Numbered from the stretch's first letter, positions 1 through 12,900 are shown. The stretch is DNA of 52,918 bases from Octopus sinensis (GCF_006345805.1 NW_021833890.1:1-52918), one strand, 5' to 3'. Program-made: numbers and translations. The notes: generated by a model from the sequence alone, not told the origin.

Positions 1-280
1 AAAGATAAACGATGAACTTTCGAGAGAACGTGAAATAACTCTTATTTTGGAACTGGATCTCGACGCACATAAAGTTATAAATAAAAAAAATATGCAAATA
101 TTGGGAAAAATAGAAAAATTCGGATGCTACCCTTTTACAGAGGATGTGGTTGTATATCCCATGGGTAGTCTTCGACTTTTTCAATCTAAAGATATTTTTC
201 AATCCAATGTTTACATACTATTATTATAGCTTTATGAGCTTCGAGTTTCACTGTTCCGAAAAAGAATCATAAATATATAT

Positions 281-450
281 AGGCGCACGCTGTGTGGTAA
301 GAAGCTTGCTTCCCAACCACATGGTTCCGGGTTCAGTTGCAGTGCGTGGCACCTTGGGCAAGTGTCTTCTACTATAGCCACGAGCCGACTAAAGCCTTTT
401 GACTGGATTTGGCAGATAGAAACTAAAAGAAGCCCATCGTATAATATATA
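281..450 (+). mobile_element. SINE family A, head+body fragment (tRNA-derived)
   Basis: Degenerate A/B-box head (TGTGTGGTAAG...GGGTTCAG), then GGCACCTTGGGCAAGTGTCTTCTACTATAGCC body shared with more than 10 copies in the window. Confidence 0.85.
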
Positions 451-795
451 TATATATATATATAGAATATATATTATTATATATATATATATATAATATA
501 TATATATATAATATAAATATATATATATCAATACATATAAATGGAACAAAACGCAATAGAGGACATTAAAACATTCGGACAGATAGACGGACAGAGAAAC
601 AACAATTAGAAGGACAGGCAAAAAAGACGGGACATTCGTGGCTTTCTTTCTCTCATTCAAGTCCCTGAAGTCACCACCATTACGGGCAGTTACACTTGAG
701 ATAGGTCGATCCGGTTACCCTCCCAAAAAGTCTAAGAGCCATTAGACCCCTTTGTACGAAAGCTGACTGAAACAAGTAAAAAGAATGAGAGATAT

Positions 796-847
<52 letters not shown>

Positions 848-949
848 TATATATATACATACTACATACATATATATATATATATATATACATTATATAT
901 ATATATATGTCTATATGTATTAATTATTTTCATATGTATAAATAACTGG

Positions 950-1180
950 TTCTCTATCGGTTACGACGTTGAATGTTACAGTTGATCCGATGAATGGAAC
1001 AGCTTGCTTCTGAAATTGACGCGTAAGTGGCCGAGCACTCCACAGACAAGCGTACTCTTAACGTAGCCGACTGGGAGATTCAGTGTGACTCAGAATGTGA
1101 CAAGCCTGGACCCCTTCGAATTACTGGTACAACTCATTTTTGCCAGCTGAGTGGACGGGAGCAGCGCGAAATACAGCGCC
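950..1180 (-). mobile_element. SINE family E, 5'-truncated (core + tail 1)
   Basis: Reverse complement matches 5100-5345 (CACTCAGCTGGCAAAAATGAGTTGTACC...GATCAACTG...CGTAACCGA). Confidence 0.8.
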
Positions 1181-1492
1181 TTCGCGAAGTTAGCCATCGA
1201 AGTTGAACTCAGCTTGAAATCCTCCCCAAAATACACCGTTGATGAGCATGATTTAAAGTATTTGCTGTTATACATTAATTCCTTCCAAGATGATGCATAG
1301 TTAGTTAGAGAGATAAAAGCTTAGTGGTACATGTTTGTCCAAATTGCTACAGTTAAAGTCATGAAGTTTGTAATTTTCATATTCGGAAATGATTACATTA
1401 AATATGTGTGCGCTTGAGTGTTTACATGTCTGTGTTTTTGTGTGCAGGCTTGCGTATGCGTGAGTGTATCAGTCTGCGTGGACGTGTGTATG

Positions 1493-1533
<41 letters not shown>

Positions 1534-1661
1534 TGTGTGTGTTGTGTGTGTGTGTGTGTTGTGTGTGTGTTTGTGTGTGTGTGTAGATTTTTCTGGGTTG
1601 TCATTTTGTGGTGATTTGCAATTTTGGATTAGTTTGTAATGTATCAATTTCTTAAAAGTTC

Positions 1662-1830
1662 AAGGCGGTGAGCTGGCAGAATCGTTAGCACGTCAGAATT
1701 GGCAGAATTTCGTCCACTTTTACGTTCTGAGTTCATATTCCACCGAGGTCGACGTCGCCTTTCATCCATTCGTTGTCAGTAAAATAAATACCAGTTTGAA
1801 TAGCCCTCTCCGCACCTTGAGGCCTATAGC
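1662..1830 (+). mobile_element. SINE family C
   Basis: AAGGCGGTGAGCTGGCAGAATCGTTAGCA head, GAGTTCA B-box-like motif, CCGAGGTCGAC...CCTTTCATCC body. Confidence 0.8.
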
Positions 1831-2004
1831 AGGAATAATTACTTATTGCAAATACATCACCGCCGGCCCAATGCATTTCGCTTTCTGCTTACAGAGGTTC
1901 CTTGTAAGTTGTTCATCTGTATTATAAGCATGCAGTAGTTTGTTTATGCAACACACTTCATGTACAATTTTTTTCTTTTTGTCTTCACTATATCTTGATA
2001 GTGT

Positions 2005-2383
2005 GAAGACACAATGGCCCAGTGGTTAGGGCAGCGGATTCGCGGTCGTAGGATCGCGGTTTCGATTCCCAGACCGGGTGCTGCGAGTGTTTATTGAGCG
2101 AAAACACTTAAATCTCCACGAGGCTCCGGTAGGGGGTAGTGGCAAATCCGGCTGTACTTTTTCACCACAACTTTCTATCACTCTTTCTTCCTGTTTCCTG
2201 TTGTACCTGTACTTCAAAGGGGCCAACCTTGTCACACTCTGTCACGCTGAACCTCTTTCAGAACTACGTTAAAAGTACACGTGTCTGTGGAGTGCTCAGC
2301 TATTTACACGTTAATTTCACGAGCAGGCTTTTCCGTTGATCGGATCAACTGGAACCCTCATCGTCGTAACCGACGGAGTGCCA
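2005..2383 (+). mobile_element. SINE family D, full length (tail 1)
   Basis: tRNA-like head TGGCCCAGTGGTTAGG...GGTTTCGATTCCC; colinear with 40198-40571 and the minus-strand copies at 38584 and 51446. Confidence 0.9.
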
Positions 2384-3034
2384 CGATCTTGATTGTATTC
2401 TTATATCTACCACATCGTATTTATTTCTTTATTGTTGCATATAATTCGATCTCCTAAATTATTTCTATAAACATTATTGATTAGCTTTTGCCGTATTTGA
2501 TTTCTTCCTGCGGATCTCCTTTCTTAGTCAACAATCTAAACGCCATGCTACGTAACGAGTTTTATAACTGGATATTTTATATGTTGTGGATATTCTCACC
2601 CTCTACGCATGCGTACTCATTTAATGACGATTTTAGTGTACATTCATGTATGCCAACATGTCGTACCTTAATCTTTCCCTTTTATATCTAAAATAAGGTT
2701 GTTCAATGGCGAGAATTTTATCGGAGCTCATTTGGGTATTAAAAGGGGAAAGACTAATCCACAATCTAGTTTAACAACATCCACAATAAATGATGCATGT
2801 TTTCAGCGGAATCCGCCCCAATGCAAACACGAACATCAGGTTTCACGTTTTAGGATACTTGGGTAATCACCATCCATGTATTCGACTCTCTCTCTCTTCC
2901 CCTCTCTCTCCCTCCCTCTCTCCCTCCCCCTCTCTCTCCCTCCCTCTCTCTTTCTGTCTACCCACCTCTCCCTCTCTTTCCCTGCCGTAGTTTCAGCTCT
3001 GACGCACCCAGTGATAATCGTTTATCTTCTATGT

Positions 3035-3235
3035 TTTACTTGTTTCAGCCATTTGACTGCGGTCATACTGGGGCACCAACCTTGATGAATTTTTAGTCGA
3101 ACGAAGCGATACCAGTACTTAAATTTGTTCCCCTCTCATCCTGGTATTTATTCGATCGGACCCTTTTGCCGAACCGCTAGATTACGGGGACATAACCACC
3201 TGTTATCAAGCGGTGGATGGAGGAGAAACACACAC
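3035..3235 (-). mobile_element. SINE family A, 3' half
   Basis: TTACTTGTTTCAGCCATTTGACTGCGG...GCCGAACCGCTAG tail segment. Confidence 0.8.
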
Positions 3236-3291
3236 ATTCACACATAACAACAATAATAAATAAATAAATATATATATATATATATATGTAC

Positions 3292-3445
3292 AGGCGCAGG
3301 AGTGGCTGTGTGGTAAGTAGCTTGCTTGCCAACCACATGGTTCCGGGTTCAGTCCCACTGCGTGGCATCTTGTCTTCTACTATAGCCTCGGGCCGTTTAA
3401 AGCCTTGTGAGTGGATTTGGTAGAGGAAACTGAAAGAAGCTTGTC
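3292..3445 (+). mobile_element. SINE family A, head+body
   Basis: GGCGCAGGAGTGGCTGTGTGGTAAG...GGGTTCAGTCCCACTGCGTGGC. Confidence 0.85.
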
Positions 3446-3454
3446 ATGTATATG

Positions 3455-3516
<62 letters not shown>

Positions 3517-3524
3517 CCACAGTA

Positions 3525-3608
3525 GAAAACACTTTCCCAATGTGGAACGCAGTGGGACTGAACCTGTTACTACGAGGTTGTGAAGTACGCTTCTTGTCAC
3601 ACAACCAC
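3525..3608 (-). mobile_element. SINE family A, degenerate head
   Basis: ACGCAGTGGGACTGAACC...CACACAACCAC. Confidence 0.6.
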
Positions 3609-4034
3609 TGAAATTCTTTTCAAACATGTTCTGTAGTTGGTCGACATTTTCTTGGACAATTGACACAGGGTATACACTCACTACATACCCTCTATACGAA
3701 CCTTCTGTTGGACAAGAAAGCGTTGAATAAATGAATAGTCACGACACAGCCCACCCGTTGTGTATTCAAGCTGCCTTTTGGATGAATAGGGTCCGTAGCA
3801 CCTGAATCTTTTCGCCTTGATTTTACTGGCGGTGTCAACCGAGAGAATAAGGGGCAAGCTTTATAAAATATAAGACTTTAAAACATATAGTACGTTCGAC
3901 TAAACTTTTCAAAGTTGGAACCCTAGCATGGACGCCGTCCAATGACTGAGACAAATAAAATGTGTCATGCATATTGATTTCAAATTATGTCACAAAGCCA
4001 GCGATTCCGGGGTGGGGTGGGGGAGTAGCTAAAT

Positions 4035-4190
4035 CGATTAAATCGAGGCCAGACTGGTAGCTTTTCTTATGGAACTTCCGAAAGGACAAAAAGTCAACCT
4101 CGGCGCAATTTGAACTCAGAACGGAAATACGGATGATAAGCCGCTAAGCATTTCCTCGGCGTGTTAACGACTCTGCCAGTTTCCCGCCTT
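4035..4190 (-). mobile_element. SINE family C, degenerate
   Basis: GTCAACCTCGGCGCAATTTGAACTCAGAACG...CTAAGCATTTC...CTCTGCCAG...CCGCCTT. Confidence 0.75.
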
Positions 4191-4240
4191 GTAGATGTCA
4201 TGCATATTAGCATTAGATGCACATTATAAATATGCCATAG

Positions 4241-4620
4241 ACGGCGAGGTGGCAGAAACACTAGCACGCCGGGCGAAATGATTAGCGGTATTTCGTCTGC
4301 CGTTACGTTCTGAGTTCAAATTCTGCCGAGGTTGGCTTTGCCTTTCATCCTTTCGGGGTCGATTAAATGAGTAATAGTTACGCACTGGAGTCTATGTAAT
4401 CGACTTAATCCGTTTGTCTGTCCTTGTTTGTCCTCTCTGTGGGTAGTAAAGAAATGGGTATTTCATCTGCCGTTACGTTCTGAGTTCAAATTCCGCCGAG
4501 GTCGACTTTACCTGCTATCCTTTCAGGATCGATAAATTAAGTACCAGTTGGGGTCGATCTAATCGTCTGGCCCCCACACAAAAATTTCAGGTTTTGTGCC
4601 TAGAGTAGAAAGGATTATAA
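4241..4620 (+). mobile_element. SINE family C dimer (full monomer + 5'-truncated monomer)
   Basis: GGTATTTCRTCTGCCGTTACGTTCTGAGTTCAAATT occurs twice, at about 4287 and 4457; same layout at 22877-23228. Confidence 0.8.
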
Positions 4621-4625
4621 ATATG

Positions 4626-4692
<67 letters not shown>

Positions 4693-4786
4693 CATTATCT
4701 TTCACCTTTTTCCAGGCATTCACAGGCAGTTACGGTTCACGGTCGGAATTGTCCTTTTCCGGTCTACTGCTTTCTGGGGTTGCCTA

Positions 4787-4855
4787 ACCCTGCTCAGCCC
4801 ATCCCAGCCCAGCCCAGCGCAGCCCATCCCAGCCCAACCCTGGCCAGCCCAGTAA
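4787..4855. repeat. Imperfect (CCCAG)n pentanucleotide repeat
   Basis: CAGCCCATCCCAGCCCAGCCCAGCGCAGCCCATCCCAGCCC seen directly. Confidence 0.85.
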
Positions 4856-5025
4856 AACCACTCATTTCCATCGCTGTTGTATGTTTGCATATTTTAGTAC
4901 TTTTCTCTAGAGACATACTTTATCAAAAGCAAAAGAGTGCCTCTCTCCCAGTGGATATTAAGTCAAATTTCGAAGTCTTTGACTTTTGCGACATGGCCGT
5001 TGTCTACACAATAGATTTCTCTAAT

Positions 5026-5348
5026 GAAGACGCGTGGCTTAGTGGTTAGGGCATTCTGCTCACGACCGTAAGGTCGTGAGTTCGTTTCCCGGCGACGCAT
5101 TGTGTCCTTGAGCAAGACACTTTATTTCACGTAGCTTCAGTCCACTCAACTGGCAAAAATGAATTGTACCTGTATTTCAAAGGGTCAGCCTTGTCACACT
5201 CTGGGTCACGCTGAATCTCCCTGAGAATTACGTTAAGGGTACACGCGGCTGTGGAGTGCTCATCCCCTTGCACGTTAATTTCACGAGCAAGCCTCTCCGT
5301 TGATCGTATCAGCTGGGACCCTCGTCGTCGTAACTGACGGAGTGCTCC
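5026..5348 (+). mobile_element. SINE family E, full length (tRNA head + CORE-like domain + tail 1)
   Basis: GTGGCTTAGTGGTTAGG...GAGTTCGTTTCCC head; TGTGTCCTTGAGCAAGACACTT resembles the CORE motif GTGACCTTGGGCAAG; tail shared with family D. Confidence 0.85.
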
Positions 5349-5701
5349 TTTTTTTTATCTTTTTTTTATAGACAAGTATTGTTTCTGTCCTGCAGGGTTT
5401 CTGGTAACCATCCTCATCAGACAGGTGTGGCGCTTTCATCATTTTTGGTCTGTAACGACCCAAACACATTATAAGCTACTACTATTAGTTGTATTCAACA
5501 AATATTTATAACGGGGAAAAAAGGGCCTCTTACGAAAACGCAGAATACAGGACACCAGACTCGTTCTATTTTTTTCACACTTATCAATTATATTGGGAAA
5601 ATATTGAAGATTATACTTATGGTCCTTAAAAGTATATATGTCATTTTTAGGCTAGAAATTTGACAGGAAGTTACACACACATATACAACGCACACACACA
5701 C

Positions 5702-5767
<66 letters not shown>

Positions 5768-6280
5768 CTGTGTGTGTGTATATAAATATATGCATGCATG
5801 TATACATGTATGTATACATGCGCGCGTATGAGTATAGCTACATAGATATGTATGAATGTGTGCGTGTATATTTACAAATGAATATATTCACTCTCAGATA
5901 TATATAAATGAATATATATACAATTGTCGACGCTGAATTAATATTTAGTTTACGTTAGGCTTCACACACACGCACGCACGTACACACACACACACTCTCT
6001 CTCTCTCTCTCCTCTCTCTCTCTACACACCACATAGGTGTACACGCACGCACACATTTATATAGATATCTACCTGTCATCCTGGCGGTTGATGTTGTGTG
6101 CCGATAATGTGACCGACTGAATGATAAAGAAATTAGAAAACGATATAATTGGTTTCATCTTATAATTCTCTCGCAGACGAATTTCAGATTCCAAGAAAGG
6201 GTCAGAGTTTGACCCTTTTGGAGTTTAATTTCGTTTCAATTGAGAATTTGATAGATGGGTGCGCGCGCATATGTACACAC

Positions 6281-6335
<55 letters not shown>

Positions 6336-6492
6336 CACAGTCACGGACACACAACAAACACACACATGCATACACACAGACAAACAGCAAACGCACATAC
6401 ACACACAAACACACACACACAACTCAGACTCTCAGTGATATATAGAAACGTGTATGCAGAAAACGAATGATGTGTATCTGTATAAACATATT

Positions 6493-6536
<44 letters not shown>

Positions 6537-7020
6537 TACGTGTGTATAGATATATACGTACATATGTGTAGACATGTATATATATGTTCGTGCGTATGTA
6601 TATGAGTGTCCGCGTCTGCCTGCGTGTGTGTGTTTGTGCATGTACATGTATATCGAAGTATCTGGATGGGGATGTGTAGATAGAGTCAGGCAGTGTTCAA
6701 GAGTGATGTATTATTACAGATATTGACAGTTTGACAGATATATTGTTTGGTCATCTGATGTTTAGGTCAACAGAAAACTAGCAGAACGAAGAAGATGCTG
6801 CGAGTGAGAGATGTACACAGTCTTACTCAATTCACACTGCAAAACACACGCGTGCGTACACACAAATGCACATATACATACATTACATATTTACGTGCAG
6901 GCAAACATTAAACATACACAAATATAATTTTGAGCACTAACCTGCTATCATAAAGGTAGCGTATTGTCATTGCGAATAATAACTTGCTATCATAAAGATA
7001 GAATAGGGTTTTGTAATGCA

Positions 7021-8207
7021 CAGGGTGCATAAGATATTTGAGGACAGATTTGTGTTTATAAAAAAACAGCTATATAATACCAGATAACTTTATCAAAAAA
7101 TGGTATAGGGATAAAAAATAAATCTTCTTTTCTATAATGTTATTCATTAAAGCCACCTTCAGCTTCAACAACTGCTTCTATATGAGATTTAAATCATCTA
7201 CATGCTTGAATCAAATGGTCCTGGTTAATTTTGGACATTACTCTGACTATGGCAGCTTTCAAAGAATCTTTGGTGTTATGGGCATGTTCATTGACCTCTC
7301 TCTCTCAACAGCGCTCCACATGTAATAGTCCAATGGATTGAGATATGAGAAATTATGAGGCCAAATGTTAGAGGTTATGTGATTAAGAAAATTTTCAGCC
7401 ATCCATTCCTGTGTTACTAGAGCCATGTGTGATAGTGCAGAGTCTTACTGAAACACATATGGCCTTCTATCTAGAACTTAACAATTATTTCCAGGACCTT
7501 AATGTAGACGGCAGAGGTAGAAAGGAGTAAGGAGGCATCACATGACCTTTATTGCTGACAACCCCTAAACCCATGACAGTTGCAGGAAATTTTCTATGCA
7601 TAACACTTGGAACTTCAGAAGGGTCTGAACATAACCATCTATCATTACATCTCTTAACTTTTTGATCTTGGTCGAAGTTTTTCTCGTTTGAGAAAAACCA
7701 AATCAAATCTTCTTCTGCCGGATTTTTCAGTGTGTTTAAGAGCCTTTTAGATCTGGTGTAGTGATTTTCTGTTGCTTTTTCTGACAAATTGATCTTTCCT
7801 CATCATATTAGACTTGTATCTGACTGTTCCTTCTGACACACAGAGATCTTTTGCAATTGACCTCATGAACTTTCTGGGATTGTAATCAATGGTCTGTTGA
7901 ACTTGCTGGATAAACTCAAGTGTTTTGATGATTTCAGAGCATTTAGAATGCTTTTCATACTTTGATACAGGTGATACGTTTTCATCTTCAGTCTCTATCT
8001 CCTTACAAACTTTGTAGAAGAAAGATCTGGCAACTTTAAAAAATCGCGATATCTCTAAATCGCTACGGTCAATAATCGAATGCCTTTTCATTTCTTGAGT
8101 AAGCTGAGGGTCTGCAATTATTATTTCCTAAAAAAATTTATACAGAGTTAGCAAAAACTGCGGCAATGACCCAAAATGGTATGTCCTCAAATACCTTACG
8201 CACCTTG
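7021..8207 (-). mobile_element. Tc1/mariner superfamily DD37D (maT-type) transposon, full length, decayed
   Basis: 26-bp TIRs at 7021-7046 and 8182-8207 (23/26). Broken transposase across ORFs 7747-8091 and 7485-7787 plus a manual translation (FQ*DSALSH...WPHNFSYLNPLDYYMW) with 37 residues between the 2nd and 3rd D. Confidence 0.92.
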
Positions 8208-8561
8208 TGTTTTCGATTTGTTAAGATAATATATGATTGTGGGGAAAAACATGGTCGCAAAGTTTTAGATTGAGTAGACCTATAATTGATATATTAAAAT
8301 TCTTTTTTGTGTGTCATTCCTTACAATTAACCAAAAATGGCGGATCATTTGTAAGGAAAGACACACAACAAAGAAAGAAGAAAGCAAAGGACCACTCATG
8401 AGGTCACAGAAGTGTGATGAAAGAACTCTGGACAGAATACAATTAATATAAAATAAAGCTGAAGCAAATGAACACCAAATATATAGTGCGTGTGTTTCTA
8501 TTGGTTAAACTGGCAACATGACCATCCCCAAATACAACAATATATATATTCTTTTATTCTT

Positions 8562-8948
8562 TTATTTGTTTCAGTCATGTGACTGCGGCCATACTGGAGC
8601 ACCACCTGAAGATGCTTTAGTCGAACAAATCGATCTCGGGACTTATTCTTTGTAAGCCTAGTACTTACTTATCCTATCGGTCTCTTTTGCTAAACTGCTA
8701 TGTTACGAGGACATAAGCACACCAACATTGGTTGTCAAGCGATGGTGGTGGTGGTGTGGTGCGGCAAACACAGAAAAAGATTCATATATATATACGACGG
8801 GATTCTTTCAGTTTCCGTCTACCAAATCCACTAACAAGGTTTTGGTCGGCCTGAGGCTATAGTAAAAGACACTTGACCAAGGTGCCACGCAATGGGACTG
8901 AACCCAGAACCATGTGGATGGGAAGCAAGATTCTTACCACACAGCCAC
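8562..8948 (-). mobile_element. SINE family A, full length
   Basis: Head at about 8895-8948, body, short internal (TA)n, tail ending TGACTGAAACAAATAAAAGAA. Confidence 0.85.
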
Positions 8949-8959
8949 GCATGCATATG

Positions 8960-8998
<39 letters not shown>

Positions 8999-9184
8999 CA
9001 CACACACACTGACACGGACAGACAGAAAGACAGGCACACAGACACACAGACAGACACACACAGAGACAGACACACACACAAACACGTACACACACACACA
9101 CGCACGCGCGCGCCACAAATATCCCTCGAAATGCGAACTCGTGTCGCTTACCCGTCTTACTTGGTAGTTAACCCATTTTTTTAC

Positions 9185-9480
9185 TCATACGTACATACAC
9201 ACGCACACAGTTCTGCATACGCACGCGTGCATGCGTGTGCACAACGTGCGCGTGTGTGAGTGCACGCATTTATGCAATGTGGTCTGAGTGGAAACTGAGC
9301 GAGAGGAGAAGGAGGAGGAGAAGGTGAAGGAGAAGGAGAAGAAGGAGAAGGAGAAGGAGAAGGAGGAGAAGGAGAAAGAGGTGCTCACATAGCTATAAGA
9401 GAAAGTAGAGGAGACGGAACAAGGGGAAGAGGAGGAGGAGAAGGAGTACAGCTGGAGTGAAAGGTGGAGGGAGCTAAACG
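9185..9480. repeat. Compound (CA/CG)n and purine (GAGAAG/GAG)n low-complexity tract
   Basis: Directly visible. Confidence 0.85.
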
Positions 9481-9659
9481 CGGAAGTGGGGGGGGGGCGC
9501 AGAAGTAATAAAGAGAACATTTTGATTTATTGTGGATCGTTTGGGGGTTCAAACCGTGACACACCCATCTCACCTCCCTTCTCTCCTTGCACCGGTTCCT
9601 CTTATAACACCTTGTCTGATCAGCATTGATCAGACATCTGGATTATCTCCGTAGCACGC

Positions 9660-9996
9660 TCTACGTGGTAGTGGTGGGAGGTAAGATTAGTAATGGTGGT
9701 GGTGGGAGTAGTAGTTCTGATCGTAGTGGTGGCTGTAACGGTGGTGGTGGTGGTAGTGGGAGTAGTAATTCTAATCGTAGTGGTGGCTGTAACGGTGGTG
9801 GTGGTGGTGGTGGTGGAGGCAATTGTGGTTGTAGTGGTGGTGTGATGGAGGCGGTAGCGGTTCTGATAGTTGCAGTTGAGGTGGTGGTGGTGGTGAAGGT
9901 GGCAGTTGCGGTGGTAGTGTTTGTTGTGGTGGTCGAGGTAGAAACAATTGGCAGGTGGAAATGGTGGTTTTGGGGAAAGAGAATGGAATCGTAGTT

Positions 9997-10040
<44 letters not shown>

Positions 10041-11430
10041 TGTAGTAGTAGTTGTAGTGGTAGTAGTAGTAGTAGGGGTAGTAGTAGTCGGGTACACGTG
10101 ATTTGGATAAATTGCAGAGGTAGAAGTAGCAGTTCTGGTTGTAGTAGCAGATGTGGTATTGAGAATTTTTGTGATGATAGTGGTGGTGGTTGTGGTAGTA
10201 GTGCTTGTGGTGGCAGTGGTGGCTGTAGCATCTCTAGTAGCGGCGATGGTGGTCATGGTTGAGAAAACGGTCGTGGCGCGGGTTTTAGTGAGACTACTGG
10301 TCGTGACTGTGGTGGTTTTGGTGGTAGTGGTGGTCATCTGGTGTTCAAGATAGCAGCGGATGTAGTGTCAGCCGTCATAGCCAGAATGGTGGTAGGGGTG
10401 GTGAAAGTGGTAGCAGACATTTTGTCATTCATCTTTCCTGATGTGCCGCTGGGTCAAAGGGTGACCAGGCGGAGTAGGTGTGTAGGTCTGCTCATGATGC
10501 CGCAAAGGCACCGAAAACAACAAACGCATTGTATATGTCACCAAATCATACTCGCTCGCCAGTGACGGCTGACTATTTATTATTTTTTTTTCTTAAAATG
10601 GCTCCAAGATGTATCATCTTTTCTGAAAAGCATGGCTCAGTGGTTAGATCGTCGGGCTTATTATTATGACGTAGTGAGTTCGATTCCCGGATCGGGTTGT
10701 GTGTTGTGTTCTTGAGCAAGATACTTTATTTCACGTTGCTCGAGAAATGAGTTGCAACGTCACAGGTGCCAAGCTGTATCGACCCCTTTGCCTTTCCCTT
10801 GGATAACACTGGTGGCGTGGAGAGAGGAGGCTGGTACGCAGGGGAGGGGACTGCTGTTCTTCCATAAACAACCTTGCCTCGGTGGGGAATATTTTAGGGG
10901 TAATCCCCTGGTCATTCATGAGCAAAAGGGGTCCGCCTTCAGTGCCAGCGTGTGAGTTGTAGTATCAGTGGTTACTGTAGTAATTCACGAGGCGATAGTT
11001 GTAGTAGCTTGGGTAGTAGTAGAATTAAAGGTGGTTGTGGTAGTTACAGTAATGATAGTTGTGTTAGTAGTGGTTACTGTGCTGGTAGTTGGTATTAGAA
11101 CCAGTAGGGGTTGTTGTTGTACGTAGTTCTCGTGTCGTTAGAGGTGGTAGTCAGTAGAGGTCGTCACGGTTGCAGTGCTAGTAGTTATGATCTTGGTGGT
11201 AGTAGTTGTGGTGGTAGTGGTGGTTGTAGTTGTTGCAGTGGTCATTAGGATAATTGTTGTAGTAGCAGTTGTGGTTATAGTAGAGGTGTTGTGGTTACGG
11301 ATGTAGTTCTGAAGTTGTGGGCGATAGCATTGTGATTGCGGTGGTAGTATTCGAGGTGGTTGTGATAGTAATGGAAGTGGTGGTGGTGGGGGTGGGGGTG
11401 ATGATGGTAGTGGTTTGGGTTACAGTGGTA
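9660..11430. repeat. Degenerate (GGT/AGT/TGT)n trinucleotide low-complexity domain, interrupted by a SINE
   Basis: Pure (GTA)n core at about 9990-10085; the minus-strand Thr-like frame is broken by stops and frameshifts. Confidence 0.8.
10630..10935 (+). mobile_element. SINE family E variant (CORE-like domain + a different tail)
   Basis: TGGCTCAGTGGTTAG...GAGTTCGATTCCC, TGTGTTCTTGAGCAAGATACTTTATTTCACGTTGCT, then a tail unrelated to tail 1. Confidence 0.7.
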
Positions 11431-11489
11431 GAAGCCTAAGTGTTTTGCTTTCCAAACGTTTCGCTCGAAAGACTTTCTCGCTTATTGTG

Positions 11490-11616
11490 TGTGTATGTGC
11501 ACTTGTTTACGTGTGTGTGTGTGTGTGTTTCTCGTGTGTCTATGTGTGTCTATCTGTCTGTCTGTGGTTGTGTGTGTGTTGGTGTGTGTGTATGTGTGTC
11601 TGTCTGTCTGTCTCTG

Positions 11617-11660
<44 letters not shown>

Positions 11661-12106
11661 GTCAGTCTTCCTTTCTCTTTCTGAATTTTTTCTCTCCCTT
11701 CCTCTTTCTTTCTCTCTCTTTCCCTCTGCCCCTCCATCTTTCTCACTCTGTCTGTCTGTCTCTCTCTACTTTTCACTTTCCCTTTCTTCCTCTCTCTCTC
11801 CTATCTGTCTCAGTGACTCTCTCTCTCTCTCTATCTCTCCTCACACCAATCGCCACACAACCAACACACCCTTCCTCTTCCCACCCACTCCCCCACTCCC
11901 TTCCCATATGCCCACTCTTTCACCCCCATGCCCACCCCTATCCATCCTCATCTATCCACCTGCCTAAACCGCCATTGATAACGGCACTCGCTTGACCTCC
12001 AGGAGTCACCGAATGTCGTCACGAAATTATGCAGGCGTTTCGCGCTGCCTTCCCATACCGAAAATCGCATTAGCACCGGGACAATTTCCATACAAGAGTA
12101 CACAGG

Positions 12107-12141
<35 letters not shown>

Positions 12142-12900
12142 ACACACACACACACATATATATATATATACACACACATACACACACACATACGCATACA
12201 TACGCACATAGACATACATAAATGCACACATACATACACACATACATTCATGCACACATACGTACACATAAGCATACACATACACATACACTCACATACA
12301 CACATACCCTACCACTACGACACACAAACTCTCGTATACTCGGATGCACACACACACACACACACACACGCACGCACACGCATACATATGCACAAACTCA
12401 TACATACATATATGCACACATACACACACATACACACACACAGATACACATAAACATGCACATACACATACATACATATTCACCCACACACATACACACA
12501 TACCCCACAACCACCACCACACACAGACTCACGTATACTCAGGTACACAAGCGCGCCCGCACACACACACACACGGGCACGCACGCCAATGCGCACATAC
12601 ACGTACACATAAATGCACCCACAGATAAACACACTGATACATATAAAACGCTTACACATTCTCATATAGATACAATTATAAACACCCCACCACACACGCA
12701 CACATATATTCATTTTATATTTGTATATATAAATGCATATATATATGTATTCCCATATGTATACTTGCACACATATATACACACACATACATATATATAC
12801 ATACATATACATATATACATACACACATATCAAATCATACATATATATACATTAAACAATTATGCAGTCAATCTCTCTCTCACACACACACACACACGAG
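11490..12900. repeat. Large compound microsatellite block (TG, TC, CA, TACA)
   Basis: Directly visible; explains the poly-CV, poly-LS and poly-HT ORFs. Confidence 0.9.

Noticed and set aside
2-229. Frame open from the window edge (KINDELSRE...YILLL)
   Set aside because: No recognisable domain and only a weak splice-donor candidate; an exon cannot be supported without upstream sequence.
9620-11430. Thr-rich minus-strand ORFs resembling a mucin
   Set aside because: The frame is broken repeatedly, a SINE interrupts it, and it grades into pure (GTA)n; it is a degenerate trinucleotide repeat.
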